Below are positions 23,681 through 34,813 of a stretch of DNA of 56,862 nt, piece after piece. Within the stretch, counting starts at the first letter, position 1, and each line of letters opens with the position of its first letter. The stretch lies in NCBI GenBank assembly GCA_009602725.1, contig WELB01000010.1:471151-528012 (forward strand). The letters run 5' to 3'. Both the position numbers and the translations under genes were made by a program. This DNA is from Spirogloea muscicola. Taxonomy: Eukaryota. The notes beneath the pieces were generated by a model. That model saw nothing but the letters and a program-made list of their open reading frames with translations. It was not told where the DNA came from and ran no database searches.

Positions 23681-24275
23681 GTTACTTGTGCATCGCCTGT
23701 CCTTCTGGCCGTTCCAGATTCTCTCGAATGGTTCCTTGTATCATAAAGACGACGTGGAGCTTCAACAGAGGGGCCACGTCTTTGAGTGCCACCCCCATTG
23801 GAAAACGTCCTCCTCTGCACTTTCATCCTCCCTAGATCTCCTGAGCAGGGCACAACAAACCCCAGCCCCGGGCCTTCACAATCCCCTACCAGTCATGCAG
23901 TATCTCCTTATGGCCAAGATGACAACCTGGGCACATTTAGCTTGACACAGCTCGCCAAGATTGAAGAACATGCGACTGAGTGCCCACATTCCAAGATTGT
24001 CAAATCTACCTCTAATTTAACTGCGCTCAATATGTTTTTAGCTCAAATTGTTCTGATGGAGTCATATAAGCCCCAGTCGTTGCTAAGTCCCCTGTTGCAG
24101 GCATTCTTAATGTTCAATTACCCTGCGCTTGACATACTCACTACAAATTTTGTACAGATGTACAGCTATCTCCTGCCCCTAAGTAGGACCTGTGTGTGCT
24201 GCCTATCCAGGCCACCAAACATTGCCACTATCAGATGAGCATACCTAAACCTCGAATAAGAAGGACCTGTCCGCC

Positions 24276-25919
24276 TCAATGGTGCAACTTGGAGAGCAGG
24301 TACAGGCTTCCAGAGGCAACAAAGATTGAGCAGGAAAAGCCCAGGAGGTCGACACTACTGCGGATTATCACCTTCTTGCTTTTCTCGAACATCCCTACGA
24401 GTAGAATCATGACAATCACATGGCCGAGCTTTGTCTTGAGCTCATCAAGGGAAGTTATATTCAAAAACTTTGGTCGCTCCTGCAAAGAAAAGTCATGAAG
24501 AAGTCACCCATGAAAATTTAATGCTTAGCTCAAGGGCTCGGTGCTCCTCATAGCTGCTTGGCCTTCTATCTAGGCTAGCCCTTCGACAAGGTTGACATCA
24601 AACAGGACAATGCCTTTGCAAGAGGGAAATCGGAATGTATATAATTTGGCCAAACGTGCACGATCTGGACGGTGAGTCAAGCTGCTACAAATATGTGAAG
24701 TGTCTGTAATTGCCTTTGATGGACACTTTCAATGACTTTATCTAAGATCATGAGAAAGCACAAATCTGTGCATGATAATTGCAGAAGCTCGAGCTTACCC
24801 GGAGGCGGAACAGGCCAAATAAGTTGGACCCACAGATCGGTCTGCCAGCGCTCAGCGGAACTCCGGCAGCTGCTATAGGGACTTCGAAAGTGCTGACAAA
24901 AAGTTCATAGAGGCCCATCCCGAAGATGAGCATCACAGTGCCCATGAGGTACACATCTGCGGGAAAGGTGCTGCGACAATAATCATCAACTTGCACCACG
25001 TTTGCAAAAAGCAGGCCAAGCTAGTAAGGAACTTCCTGGGCGTTTTGAGCATATCAATCTGTCCTTCACAAGAAGCCAAGCTTTTGTGTGGCCTGCCCAT
25101 GCTGAAAGCAGCATGCAGGCAACGCAGTCGACTATCTAAATGAAGAAGAGGTCTCTGAGATAGCTGCCAACCCACCAACGGCTTCAACGAGAAGAAGGAT
25201 CACCTTCCCTGTGCCAAATCCTTGCCAGCAGGAGGAGAAGTACTCCATGAAAGACTGTGCAACAAACAAAGAACCCTGCAGAAGAACAGGAGGGTTTGTT
25301 GAGGAACCAGACAGGGAACTTGCTGTTACCCTTCATCTCACCTCTCTTAGCCCACTCTATTTTCAAACACGCCAGCTACTTGCACTGCCAATATAGCCTC
25401 GCAACGGAAGATGGTGCAGGCTATGCTCCTTCTAGTGACCCTAGTAGAAGCTTGCAGCTGCTAGACATGCACTACCGGTAGAGTGCAATAGTGTGGCAAA
25501 GAGCCCAAGCAGCAAGAACAGCAACAGCAAGAAGTCAACTCCTGTCATTATTTACACCTCACCTTCAAGAAGCAAAGGAGAGAACCAGCAAGACTGCCAG
25601 CAACGGCAAAGAGAGTGAAGAACCTACAATCAAAAATGGCCTGCAAAATGGGCAAAGTATGGCAGCAGTGTGTTGAGACTGGAAACGGGTAAGGTCTACG
25701 GAGGCCTTGATTTGGCCGCATGACAGTACACACTGATGTCAGGGACTGCAGCGGCCCAAAAGAGAATGTGCTTTGAAAATTCGAGCAGAAGGAGCTTACC
25801 CGCTCGATGGATGACTCAAATTTTTGTATCCGCTCAGCCTGCTCAGCACTAACAGGAGTGCAGGCTCCTGCTCGAGCCCTCGCAGCGAGCACAGCTGTTC
25901 CATCATCATAGCCGTCCAT
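24276..25919 (-). CDS. UPF0114 (YqhA-like) membrane protein; true start uncertain, may extend toward ~26550
   Basis: GT-AG exons ..-25800, 25640-25563, 25275-25176, 24956-24799 and 24479-24276. Reads ESSIER/AIFDCRFFTLFAVAGSLAGSLLCFLK/GSLFV..LLVEAV/DVYLMGTVMLIFGMGLYELFVS..GSNLFGLFRLR/ERPKFLNITSLDELKTKLGHVIVMILLVGMFEK. Confidence 0.88.
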
Positions 25920-26781
25920 GGCCCCAACCTCTATGTCGTTGGCGAGCAATTGCTGCAACTGCAGGCAAACGCAGTGCCAGCTTGCATCAACATCGTCACA
26001 AGGCTGGACCCATACTTGGTTAGCCAGAACGGCTGCCAGATGCTTTATTAACATTGAAAAGAACATGTCTCAATGCTTGCTCAGAGGCACCAGACTTGCG
26101 TCTCTACTGCCTGCTCCAAAATGCTTGTAAACGACGTGCTGTCCAGGATTATCTAGCCAAGAGCTGCCCGAGCTGAGTGGGCATTGTCAGTGCGCGCTGC
26201 AAACTGAGTCGCCCGGTTTTCCCCAATGAGCCTGGACTACTCCATGCCCGCGAAGCTGGCGAGCCACAATGTGTCCTTGTTGTCATTCGTATCGTCAGGA
26301 ACGCTACTTCGGTGGCAGACAACCAGCGGGGCCACTGGATTGAGGTCTTCAGAGGGCGCGAGAATCGTCCAATCGAAAGGGTGGGGGGGCGGGGGCTGCA
26401 CCTGCACGGAGCCTGCAGCTGCGGCGCCGTCGGAGGAGCCGCGGACGACGAGACGGCGCGGGCTGCGCCGCCGATCCGCCGGCGCACGGCCCGCGCTGCC
26501 GCTCCGCCATCCCGGACGTCCCGTAGAGCTGCCGGCGCCGAATTGCCATCAATCGGCAGTCGCAGTCAGTGGTGGAAGCATCTCGAAGCGGCGAGACCAT
26601 GGCGCCGAAGACGAGGATCGAGGACCCGGAGCTTCGTTCCGGAGCCGTCGCGGGGTCAGCGGCGCGAGGGCCTGACGCCCGCCGCTCGACGGCGCTGGCT
26701 GACCTGCAGTGCCGCAGCGGAATGGGACCGAGCCCGGTGCTGGCGGCGGCTCCGGGCGCGGCGGCGGCCCCGGCGGCCCCN

Positions 26782-27112
26782 ACAAATGTAGACCAAATGG
26801 CCAAGTACAAAGGCAAGCACATGTAAAGATGTACATAACCTACAGCAGATTGACCCGCTCAGTAACCACGGGTCAAAACTTCAAGGTCACTAATCGATGC
26901 ATGAATACTAGATGCCCGAAACGGAGCCCTTCTGCCACCAACTAGAGCTCGCCCAGCTTTCTGGTGCAAGGCACTAGCCTGAGCACGCTGCAAACAGGCC
27001 GAAACTCGTCGTCGCAAGAGCGACAGATATGCAGCTGGCAAGCCCATCTCAGCCGGAAACACATCTGCACGTCGAGTGTAGCCTAGATTGGCAATGTTTT
27101 GAAGGAGAGTGT
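26782..27112 (-). mobile_element. CRE-like family B 3' fragment
   Basis: Encodes LLQNIANLGYTRRADV..RRRVSACLQRAQASALHQKAGRAL..SDLEVLTRGY*, followed by the family B UTR. Confidence 0.9.
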
Positions 27113-27390
27113 TAAAAGAGCGGCTGTGAAAGCCAGCCAGATGCATACAGGTATATCGTGACGGAGCCACAGGCTAGGCTGCGAGGGCGCCCTTAGGGGC
27201 ACTTCATACAGGGTCGGTCGGTTGCGGCCGAGAGGTACGTGTCGCGCGTTGTATGGATGTTTGGGGTCAACAACGCAGCCACCTCCAGGCCAAGACAAGG
27301 CAATCTGCGACCGACCGGCCCGGTATGAAGTGGCCCTTGGTACCCCCTTGTCAGCAGTAGGAAGTCAGATGAGCTGAGGGGAAGAAGGCG
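27113..27390 (-). mobile_element. CRE-like family C 3' fragment, interrupted by a MITE
   Basis: Encodes LPLSSSDFLLLTRGY. The UTR is collinear with 13760-13840 once 27196-27336 is removed. Confidence 0.75.
27196..27336. mobile_element. 141-bp MITE, Tourist/PIF-Harbinger-like
   Basis: 30-bp terminal inverted repeats with 26/30 matches (ggggcacttcatacagggtcggtcggttgc vs gggccacttcataccgggccggtcggtcgc). Flanked by TTA (27193-27195) and TTG (27337-27339). Absent from the paralogous site at ~13760. Confidence 0.8.
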
Positions 27391-28370
27391 CGCAGGTGCG
27401 CATGAATTTGAAAGGGAGGCCAATTCTAGCCTTGCAAATGTCCTGTTAACTGTAGTGTCGTCCTTTTTCAGCACCTCTTTCTTTGGCTTTGAACATTGTC
27501 CATTCTTTTTGGGTTGGCTTTGCCAGCCCCTCTTCTCAATGGGCGAGCACCTTCTTTGTTAACTGGGGACTGAGCTGGCTAAGGGGGACACTAATATCCC
27601 ACAGTGAGCACATGCATATCTGACAAGCTATTCTGAGGAGCCAAACCACCACCACGGAACCCACTAGCCTGGGCTAATGCACAACCAGCAAGCACGCTGG
27701 TGAATCGCGAGTGCCTGGGAGCTCTGCAGACTCATCGATAGCCGCATTCTATAGCATGCAATGATGGCTTGCGAGACGCTAGGATTGCCTAAGCTACCCG
27801 CTCGACTATGTCGGAGGGCACCATCACGCAGTGCCAGGCGATGGAGGAGGGAAGACCACTTCGTTCTGTAGCCGCATGGGGAGGAAGAGCAACCCCGCTG
27901 CGCAAGCCAGAGGCTGCTGCAAGGGCGCGACCGGCGCGGCGGTGCAAAGCAAGCGCTTGGGAGCGCTGGAGTGACATAGATAAAAGCATGCGGTAGCAGG
28001 ACACAAGACCCAAAGGCACCAAAGGCTGCACCCTGTTCCTGGCGCCGCTGGTCAGCTTGAGATGCTAGCAGCAAAAGTAACGAGGACCACCGACCCCAGT
28101 AACACCACATGGATGACAAATGGAGTGTAATGGAGGGCCATTGGGCCGGTTGGCCGTTAGGCCCTCCATTACTTAATGGCCACGAAGGCAAACAAAGGCA
28201 AGCACATCGACGAATGTACATCATCACCTGCTGCTAAGCTGACCCGCTCAGGGACAGCGCGGGGGGAAAAGGATGCGGCTGCTGTTTTAAGTTGTGCCGC
28301 TGGAATAGCCAGCCAGGTGCATTCAGGGGATGTTGATGACTTTTAAGCGGAGCCATAAGGCACAGGGGAG
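27391..28370. repeat. Mosaic of CRE-like 3' ends (E 27450-27558 +; D 27590-27790 -; C 27872-28020 - and 28255-28370 -; B-like 28175-28252 -)
   Basis: Minus-strand peptides CYRMRLSMSLQSSQALAIHQRA..SLSDMHVLTVGY* and CYRMLLSMSLQRSQALALHRRAGRALAAASG, plus the UTR motifs. Confidence 0.7.
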
Positions 28371-28980
28371 CGGAGCAGTGCAACTCCCGCTATGATCGCG
28401 GCGCGGGTCCTGTTCCTACTACTCACGCGGGCACTCTCGTTTGGGGCGCGAGTCTGGCAATTCTCGTCACACTGTGCGAATCAAGGAACCCCAGTGACCT
28501 TGTCCGGTTCACACGTCGTTGCTCGGGCGGGCCGGCTGTTGTGTCAGGGCGGTCTTCGCCTCAGCGGCCGCTGCCGGAGCGGGGACGGTGACGATCGCCC
28601 GATGTGTTTGGAGCGGACGGTTCCGATCCCTCGCACGCGTGGCCAACCCGGCGGCCACCCGCGAGCCCCGGGGCGGTGCTGCGCGCCGATTGGCGGGCGC
28701 CAGGATAAGGGCGGGGGAGGGGGCGGAAAGGTAGTCCCCTGCGCCTCAAAAGGGAGACTGATGGGACAGCCTCCAAGTGACGAAAGGGAAGCCCCTGCGC
28801 CTGTGAAGAGGAGGGAGGGGAGGCCAGGCCCACCCCTTCCCCCCCTCCTCCCTCCCTCCTCCCTCCCCTCCAATCCTCTGCCAGATACGGGCCGCGCAGT
28901 TGCAACCAATCCCATCGCCAAATTTTCCCACTGCCACCGCCGCCGCCGCCGACGCCGCCGCCGCCGCAGAGTCCGCCGCC

Positions 28981-30061
28981 ATGGCCGCCGCCGCCGCCAC
29001 CGCCTCCTGCGCCGCAGCCGCCACTTGCCTCGTGCAGAAGGCCGCCGCCCCCAAGCAGGCGGCCGCCAAGGCCGTCCGCGGTGAGCCCCTTGCCCGCCCT
29101 GCCGCTTTCACACGACCAGTCGGCCTTCCTCCCAGTCGCTCCTTTGTGGCCCTCGTCCGGGTACTCTCCATTCGTTAGTGCTAAGCCTGTGGCAGCGGCG
29201 TCGTCGTCAGACGGCCCTCTGGGATTGCTGTGCGCCAGCAGCTGGCTTTGCAGACGGCTTGTGTTGCAGCCGCCTGCTTTGCCTGTCAGTGAGGTCTGAC
29301 TCAAATAGGCACGACTCGGGGCCAACTTGGATGCGTTCCTAAGGCCTATTGTTGTTCGTAATTGCATAAAAAGCGGGACTGGATAATAGTCAACATGTTT
29401 AGGAGTCTTCATAGCATTTGATGCTAACTTTACTTGTCCTTAGCACCTGCGTAGACACCATTTCTTGACCCCCTCATCCCCTCTAACCATTTCTTATCGT
29501 CGTATTCAAGTCTCCTGTTAAACATAAATAGAGTGAGTCTACCAACAAGAGGAGGCTACTCATGACAGGGTTGTCTTGTGGCATCAAGTCTTTGCACACT
29601 TTGCCCATTCTTACACGTACGGCGCCCTGTGACCATAGTCCAATCAATAAAGTTGTGAAGAGAAACTCCTGTCAGATTTTCAAGGGGTTAGCAGAAATTA
29701 GCGTCTGTGCTATTACAGGAATCACTTGAACATGTGGAACTTATACAGCTTGTGCACTTATCCTGTACTGGCAGGCCTCCCGGTTCTGCGCATGCCGCGA
29801 GTTGTCTGCTCCGCTGAGCAGAAGCAGACGCAGAAGGTGAACCTTGCAGCCGCTGCCACTGCTGCTGCCACCTTTGCCTCAGCGCACCCTGCTCTTGCCC
29901 TTGTTGACGAACGGATGAACACTGAGGGGACCGGCCTTGCCCTTGGCCTGAGCAACGGCGGCCTTGTCTGGGTTATTCTCGGTGTATTCGGCATCATCTG
30001 GGCCCTCTATGCTACCTCGGGCTTGCCCGAGGGCAATGATGACTCCGGCCTCTCGTTGTAG
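28981..30061 (+). CDS. psbW: Photosystem II reaction centre W protein, 2 exons
   Basis: Exons 28981-29080 and 29775-30061. Ala-rich bipartite transit peptide, cleavage site [22 protein letters not shown], a TM helix, and C-terminus DDSGLSL*. Confidence 0.96.
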
Positions 30062-30952
30062 GCGGTTAGTGCAGTAGTGTGGCTGCACCCCCTCACAGAG
30101 AGTAAAGTTGTCGAGATGTTCAAACCTCCTCCCTTGTTGGAGTGGCGTCACTTCTATTAACAGACATTGGTCCTGACGCTATCCAATTTGTATATTGCTT
30201 GCTTGCAACATGGTTCATTTCATTGTGGTGTTTATATGCTCTTGTAGTCTGTGTTGTGCCGCATGTTGAATGGTCACCTCATCTTCCTCGCTGTAAAAGC
30301 TTACCCATAGCTGTCTGCAGCTGTTCAGGGATTATTCCTGTGTTCAGCGGGTGTGTGCACTTCAATGTGTTCTTTGTAAGCATGCCAGGTCTTAGCAGAC
30401 AATCTCCATAGTTGCTGACCAGTCATAGAAGGTACTGGCTTGTTTGCCCTCGTGCGCTTGCAAGGACCTGAGGGTCAAGGTGCACTACTGTGTCCATATG
30501 GTGCTTGCACTGCTGGACTTTTGGCTGTGCAGGGTTTCTCAAGAGTCAGTATTGAAGCTTCCTGATGTGGCCATGGTAGCACGGGCCTTTGTTCAATTTG
30601 CCCTGTCCTCATTCATTGATACTACTGGGCCCAATAGGGCTCACACATGAAGCTGGTATACTGACCATAGGTGTCAGAGAGCTGGTAACTATCAGCTATC
30701 ATGACTTCAAGCTAGAATATTACACCGCATGTGCAAAAAGTAAGCTGACAACGGCCTGCATTCACTGCGTAATTGCATTCGCTGCTCTCTGAGGAATGAC
30801 CGGGTGGATCTGAGGTGATAAGCCCGTCGCCTGCTGCATTGACAGTAGATGGCCAGCTTTGGTCGGGCGATATGTACAAATGTAACAGAGTCGGCGTGTG
30901 CCATGGCATTGCAGCAGCTGCAGCCTGCCTTCATTGACCAAGCTCGCAACCT

Positions 30953-32131
30953 CTAGGCTGCATCTGAGTCACTGCTAGCCAGATGCGTGTCCACAAAGAA
31001 GTGGGTGCTGTCGCCGTCAATCATCTTGTCACTGCCAAGTGGGTGGGATGAACGTTAGAGAATGCAGAGGAAGACACATGCACAAAATTGCATATGTGGA
31101 TACTTGAGAAACAAGGCTGCTGCCAGTCAAACATTTCAACAAGACGCTCAATTGGAATCAGTCAATGATGTGGACTTCAGTCCCTGCCAACTTGGTCAAG
31201 TAGGCACCGTTCCAGGATGACTTTGCCCTCCTTGTACTTCTGGTTCTTGTCAAATGCCTCTTCCTGCATGCCAGCCATGGCAAGCAGGCTTAGGCCAATG
31301 TACAAGAACAGCAGAGCCAACTGGATCGATAACGTCAATGTGCACCCTTACCCTGGAGGCCATGGCTGACATTATCAATTGCAGCAAGCAGCTAGCATAT
31401 TACAGTATTGCCCATTGCTGCCTGATCACTAGCCTTGAGCCGGCCTCAATAGGTGAAGTTGACCACTTTCCAAGTCTTCCTTGGCTTCAAAATCTGCGAC
31501 ATTGAGGCAGTGAAGCAAGGACGCTATCCTCCGCTGACCATAGGGCTTGGAGTGGGGCCTGAGCAGGGGTTACGCGCACGTATTTCCAGCCCACAACGCG
31601 CTGGCAGCAGTTGCAGTAGACGTCGGCGACCGTGTGGAGCCCGGTGGTCATGAGCCGGTCCTCCTTGGGGCCCAGCGACACGTTCACACTGCAGCCGCCA
31701 TGCACCAGTGGAGCTTATCTCCTCACTGCACGTCGACTGCCCATGCCCAAGTGCCCACAACCCACAGCAGAATGCAATTGCGGCAATGCTGTGCCAATGT
31801 GCGGATGCAGCCGCCTGAAAGCAGTGGGCGCTGGCCGCTCACACGCTGTTGAAGAGGTACGCCTTGCCCGCGCGGCAGTGGAACGACTGCGCCAGACCGC
31901 CGGACATGCCACAGCCAGAGGCCGCTGCCAGTGAGAGCCCTGCATTGCACGGCAACAATGGCCTTTGCAGGAAAGGGAAATGCCAATTGCTGCAACGGTG
32001 GCGCCGACGGCGGAGAGGGGCGCGGCGAGCGGTGCCTTGGAGACGAGCTCGCTGGCGTTGGCCAGGTGGCTGTGGCAGTTGCTGCAGCTGTAGATGCGGC
32101 CCTCGAGCTGGATGACAAAGAGGCGCCCCAT
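30953..32131 (-). CDS. YPEL: Yippee-like zinc-binding protein, 5 exons
   Basis: Exons 32131-32036, 31886-31843, 31688-31580, 31263-31208 and 31031-30953. Reads [90 protein letters not shown]. Confidence 0.95.
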
Positions 32132-32296
32132 TGCCGCCGCCGCGGCAAGCGGCACTCGCCCCGCCGTCACCTCCACTGCCGCGCCCTCGCAGCCATCTCA
32201 CCTGTCGGCACGCGGGCACTCCGTGAGCCTAGGAGCGGCTCGGATACCGCCGCCGTCCGGAGCCCGTCGCTGGAGGCAGGGCCTCGGCGCTGGCCA

Positions 32297-32330
<34 letters not shown>

Positions 32331-34604
32331 AGGCGCGCGGCGGCGGCGGCGGCGGAGGCGGCGGCGGCGGGCGCGAGGACGCCTCGCCTCCAGCTGGTAT
32401 CTGGTATGGCAGCTGACGCGGCGCCGGTGACGCTGACGCAGGGAGGAGACCGGGCCGCGCCTACGCGACCCCCTTTTAAACCACGACTTAGTGATCTTTA
32501 TTTGTGGTCCTCTCGGGCTCGTCACCGTGTGCGCCGCGTGCCTGAATCGCGTCAACGAGTGGCTTCACCGGTTTCCGCAACGTGGATCAGTGCTGCTCAG
32601 TGCACGGTACAGCCTCGAAGATGGATCCAGACTTCTGATATGCTCGGATGTTACAGCGGTCCATTAAATTGCACTTGCTGGGCTCGGGAAGATTCATGCG
32701 GTGCACGTGACCTTTACCAAGGACTGCCGTAGTTGTAGTTGGACTAATCACTACAGCAGTCGCCTGCTTCTCTCGTCTACTTTGCCACAACTTGCTCGAA
32801 ATTGCAGTCGTCGGATGTGCACAATGTACCGGCCACTCTGCTTGCTGTGCTGCCTGCAGCTGGAAATTTTTGTGAGCATCTTGCGTGAACCTCATTGCTG
32901 CAACCCCTCTTTCATCTGTGGTAGCAGCTACTCGACTCTTCGAGGAAGCCAGTTCTCGTCCCTTGGGCTGGCATTGGCCCAGCCACCGTCCAAAGAGCCA
33001 CAACCATCATATATTGCGCCTGACTGTATCTTGTTGTCATCTCGATGCAATTCTTTCTACTGCAAGTACCCTCGCACTGCAGTTCGCCACAGGTGCAAGC
33101 CTGCCCCCCACGCGACTTGCACCTGAAAGTGGTTGACACCCTTGGCTGTTTACAGCAATGTTTACAGCAATGTAAACAATAAATTCCAACTATGGAGGAG
33201 GCACAGCACTGTTTGCTTGGCCTGCACTGTGCTTATCAGGCGGGCCGAGTCACCTGCTGTGGAAGGAATAGAAGGAATGGAGAGAAGAGGCATGCAGGAT
33301 GAGCACCAGCCGCAAGTATTTGAACGCGATGCATGGCAAGAATACGATACCAGAGCAGCGTGCAGACAAAGTAGCCAAGGCTAAGCAGCCTTCCTTGGTC
33401 GTCTGTGCTGGCCTCGTGATGGTGGCCTCAAAGATCATGTGGATCCTTGATGTCAACAACTCGATCTTGCAAGCATTTGAGCAGAGCAGTCCACATGCAA
33501 CCTGCGCTATCCGCCAAGGCCATGAAATGCTAAAGGCCGCATGGTCAGGGAGTTATTGCGCAGGGTCATCACTCATATGCCCTGCCAGTTTGTCCAGGAC
33601 AGGGTCAGAAAGACTCAAGACATGGTAAAAGGTCACACACCTGCAACATACATTGCGCATGGCTACTGCCACTGTCTACTGCAATACAAGGCTGGAACCG
33701 ATTTTCAGTTTCGGTCAAGAACCGCTTCACACAGCCAGGCACAGCATGTCAGACGCAAAGGTTTCTTAGTAGCAGTAAGATGCCAACTCTTAAAAGACAA
33801 CAAGCTGACCTGACGCAAGGTATGCACATGACAAGCTGACCAGACGCCAAGTCATGAAGACGATAAACTGACCTTTCTGTCTAGCTTGGCTTGGTCGCTT
33901 CGAGGCCATCTACTTGACGACCCTCGGACTGGAGATTATCACCCTCCATGCCATTGCTTGAAAGCGGCTGCTGGCCAGCCTTGAACCTATCCTTGAAGCC
34001 AGGTTGCCTCTGCAGCCAGTACATGTGCGCCTGCAAGCAAACAGTGTCAGCACGACGCCAACGGCGATACATACAGAAGGTCTCTAGCGCATGAATCCAA
34101 CTCGAATATCAATTCGAGACTCGTCTGCATATGTAGTCCCGAAGGCAAATTTGACGACGAAAGACTCGCATCACTTATCATTGCCGGCCGACAACAGAGA
34201 GCACGATGATGCATGAATTGCGCAAAGCCGTCAGCTGACCTGCAGAGCACCCGCCCAGCCAAGCAACAGCGTGGCGGCTAGCAGCCGCCGGTCTATCATA
34301 CGTGACGCGTCAAGCTTTGCGCGATCGGCGTCGGACCGAAGCTGGCCAGACGCCGCGGGCTGCTGCCTCTTTGTCAAGTGGATGCCTGCTCGCAAGGAGG
34401 CGAGCTGGTCGACTGTGTCATCCGACGTCGCGGAGGTCGCGCGCAGAAGCACGACGAAGTGGAGCTCGCCGAGCTGTGTGGAGCCCGCCACCAGCGATGC
34501 GGCGCCAGGAACGGGACTAGGATGAGCGAAGGCCAGGGCGGCCGGCGGCCGCGGCGGCAGCGGTGGTTCCGACTGGCAGCCTGAGGTGCGATGCTTCGGA
34601 GACG

Positions 34605-34665
34605 AAGGAAAGCGGCTGCTGATACTAAGAGAGCGGCTGTGGAAGGCAGCCAGATGCATACAGGA
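34605..34665 (-). repeat. Family C 3' UTR fragment
   Basis: Reverse complement tgtatgcatctggctgccttccacagccgctctcttagtatcagcagccgc. Confidence 0.7.
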
Positions 34666-34813
34666 CGAAGTGTGGGAGGCGGCGGCGCCAGACGGCATCG
34701 TCTACTGCAACGTCTCGAGACGGCACACAAGTGCCAACCTGGAACGGGAGCCCCAACACCGTCGCCAGCATTGGTCTCTCCCGCGAGGGGGCGGGGGGGA
34801 CGAGCCCGCCGCC

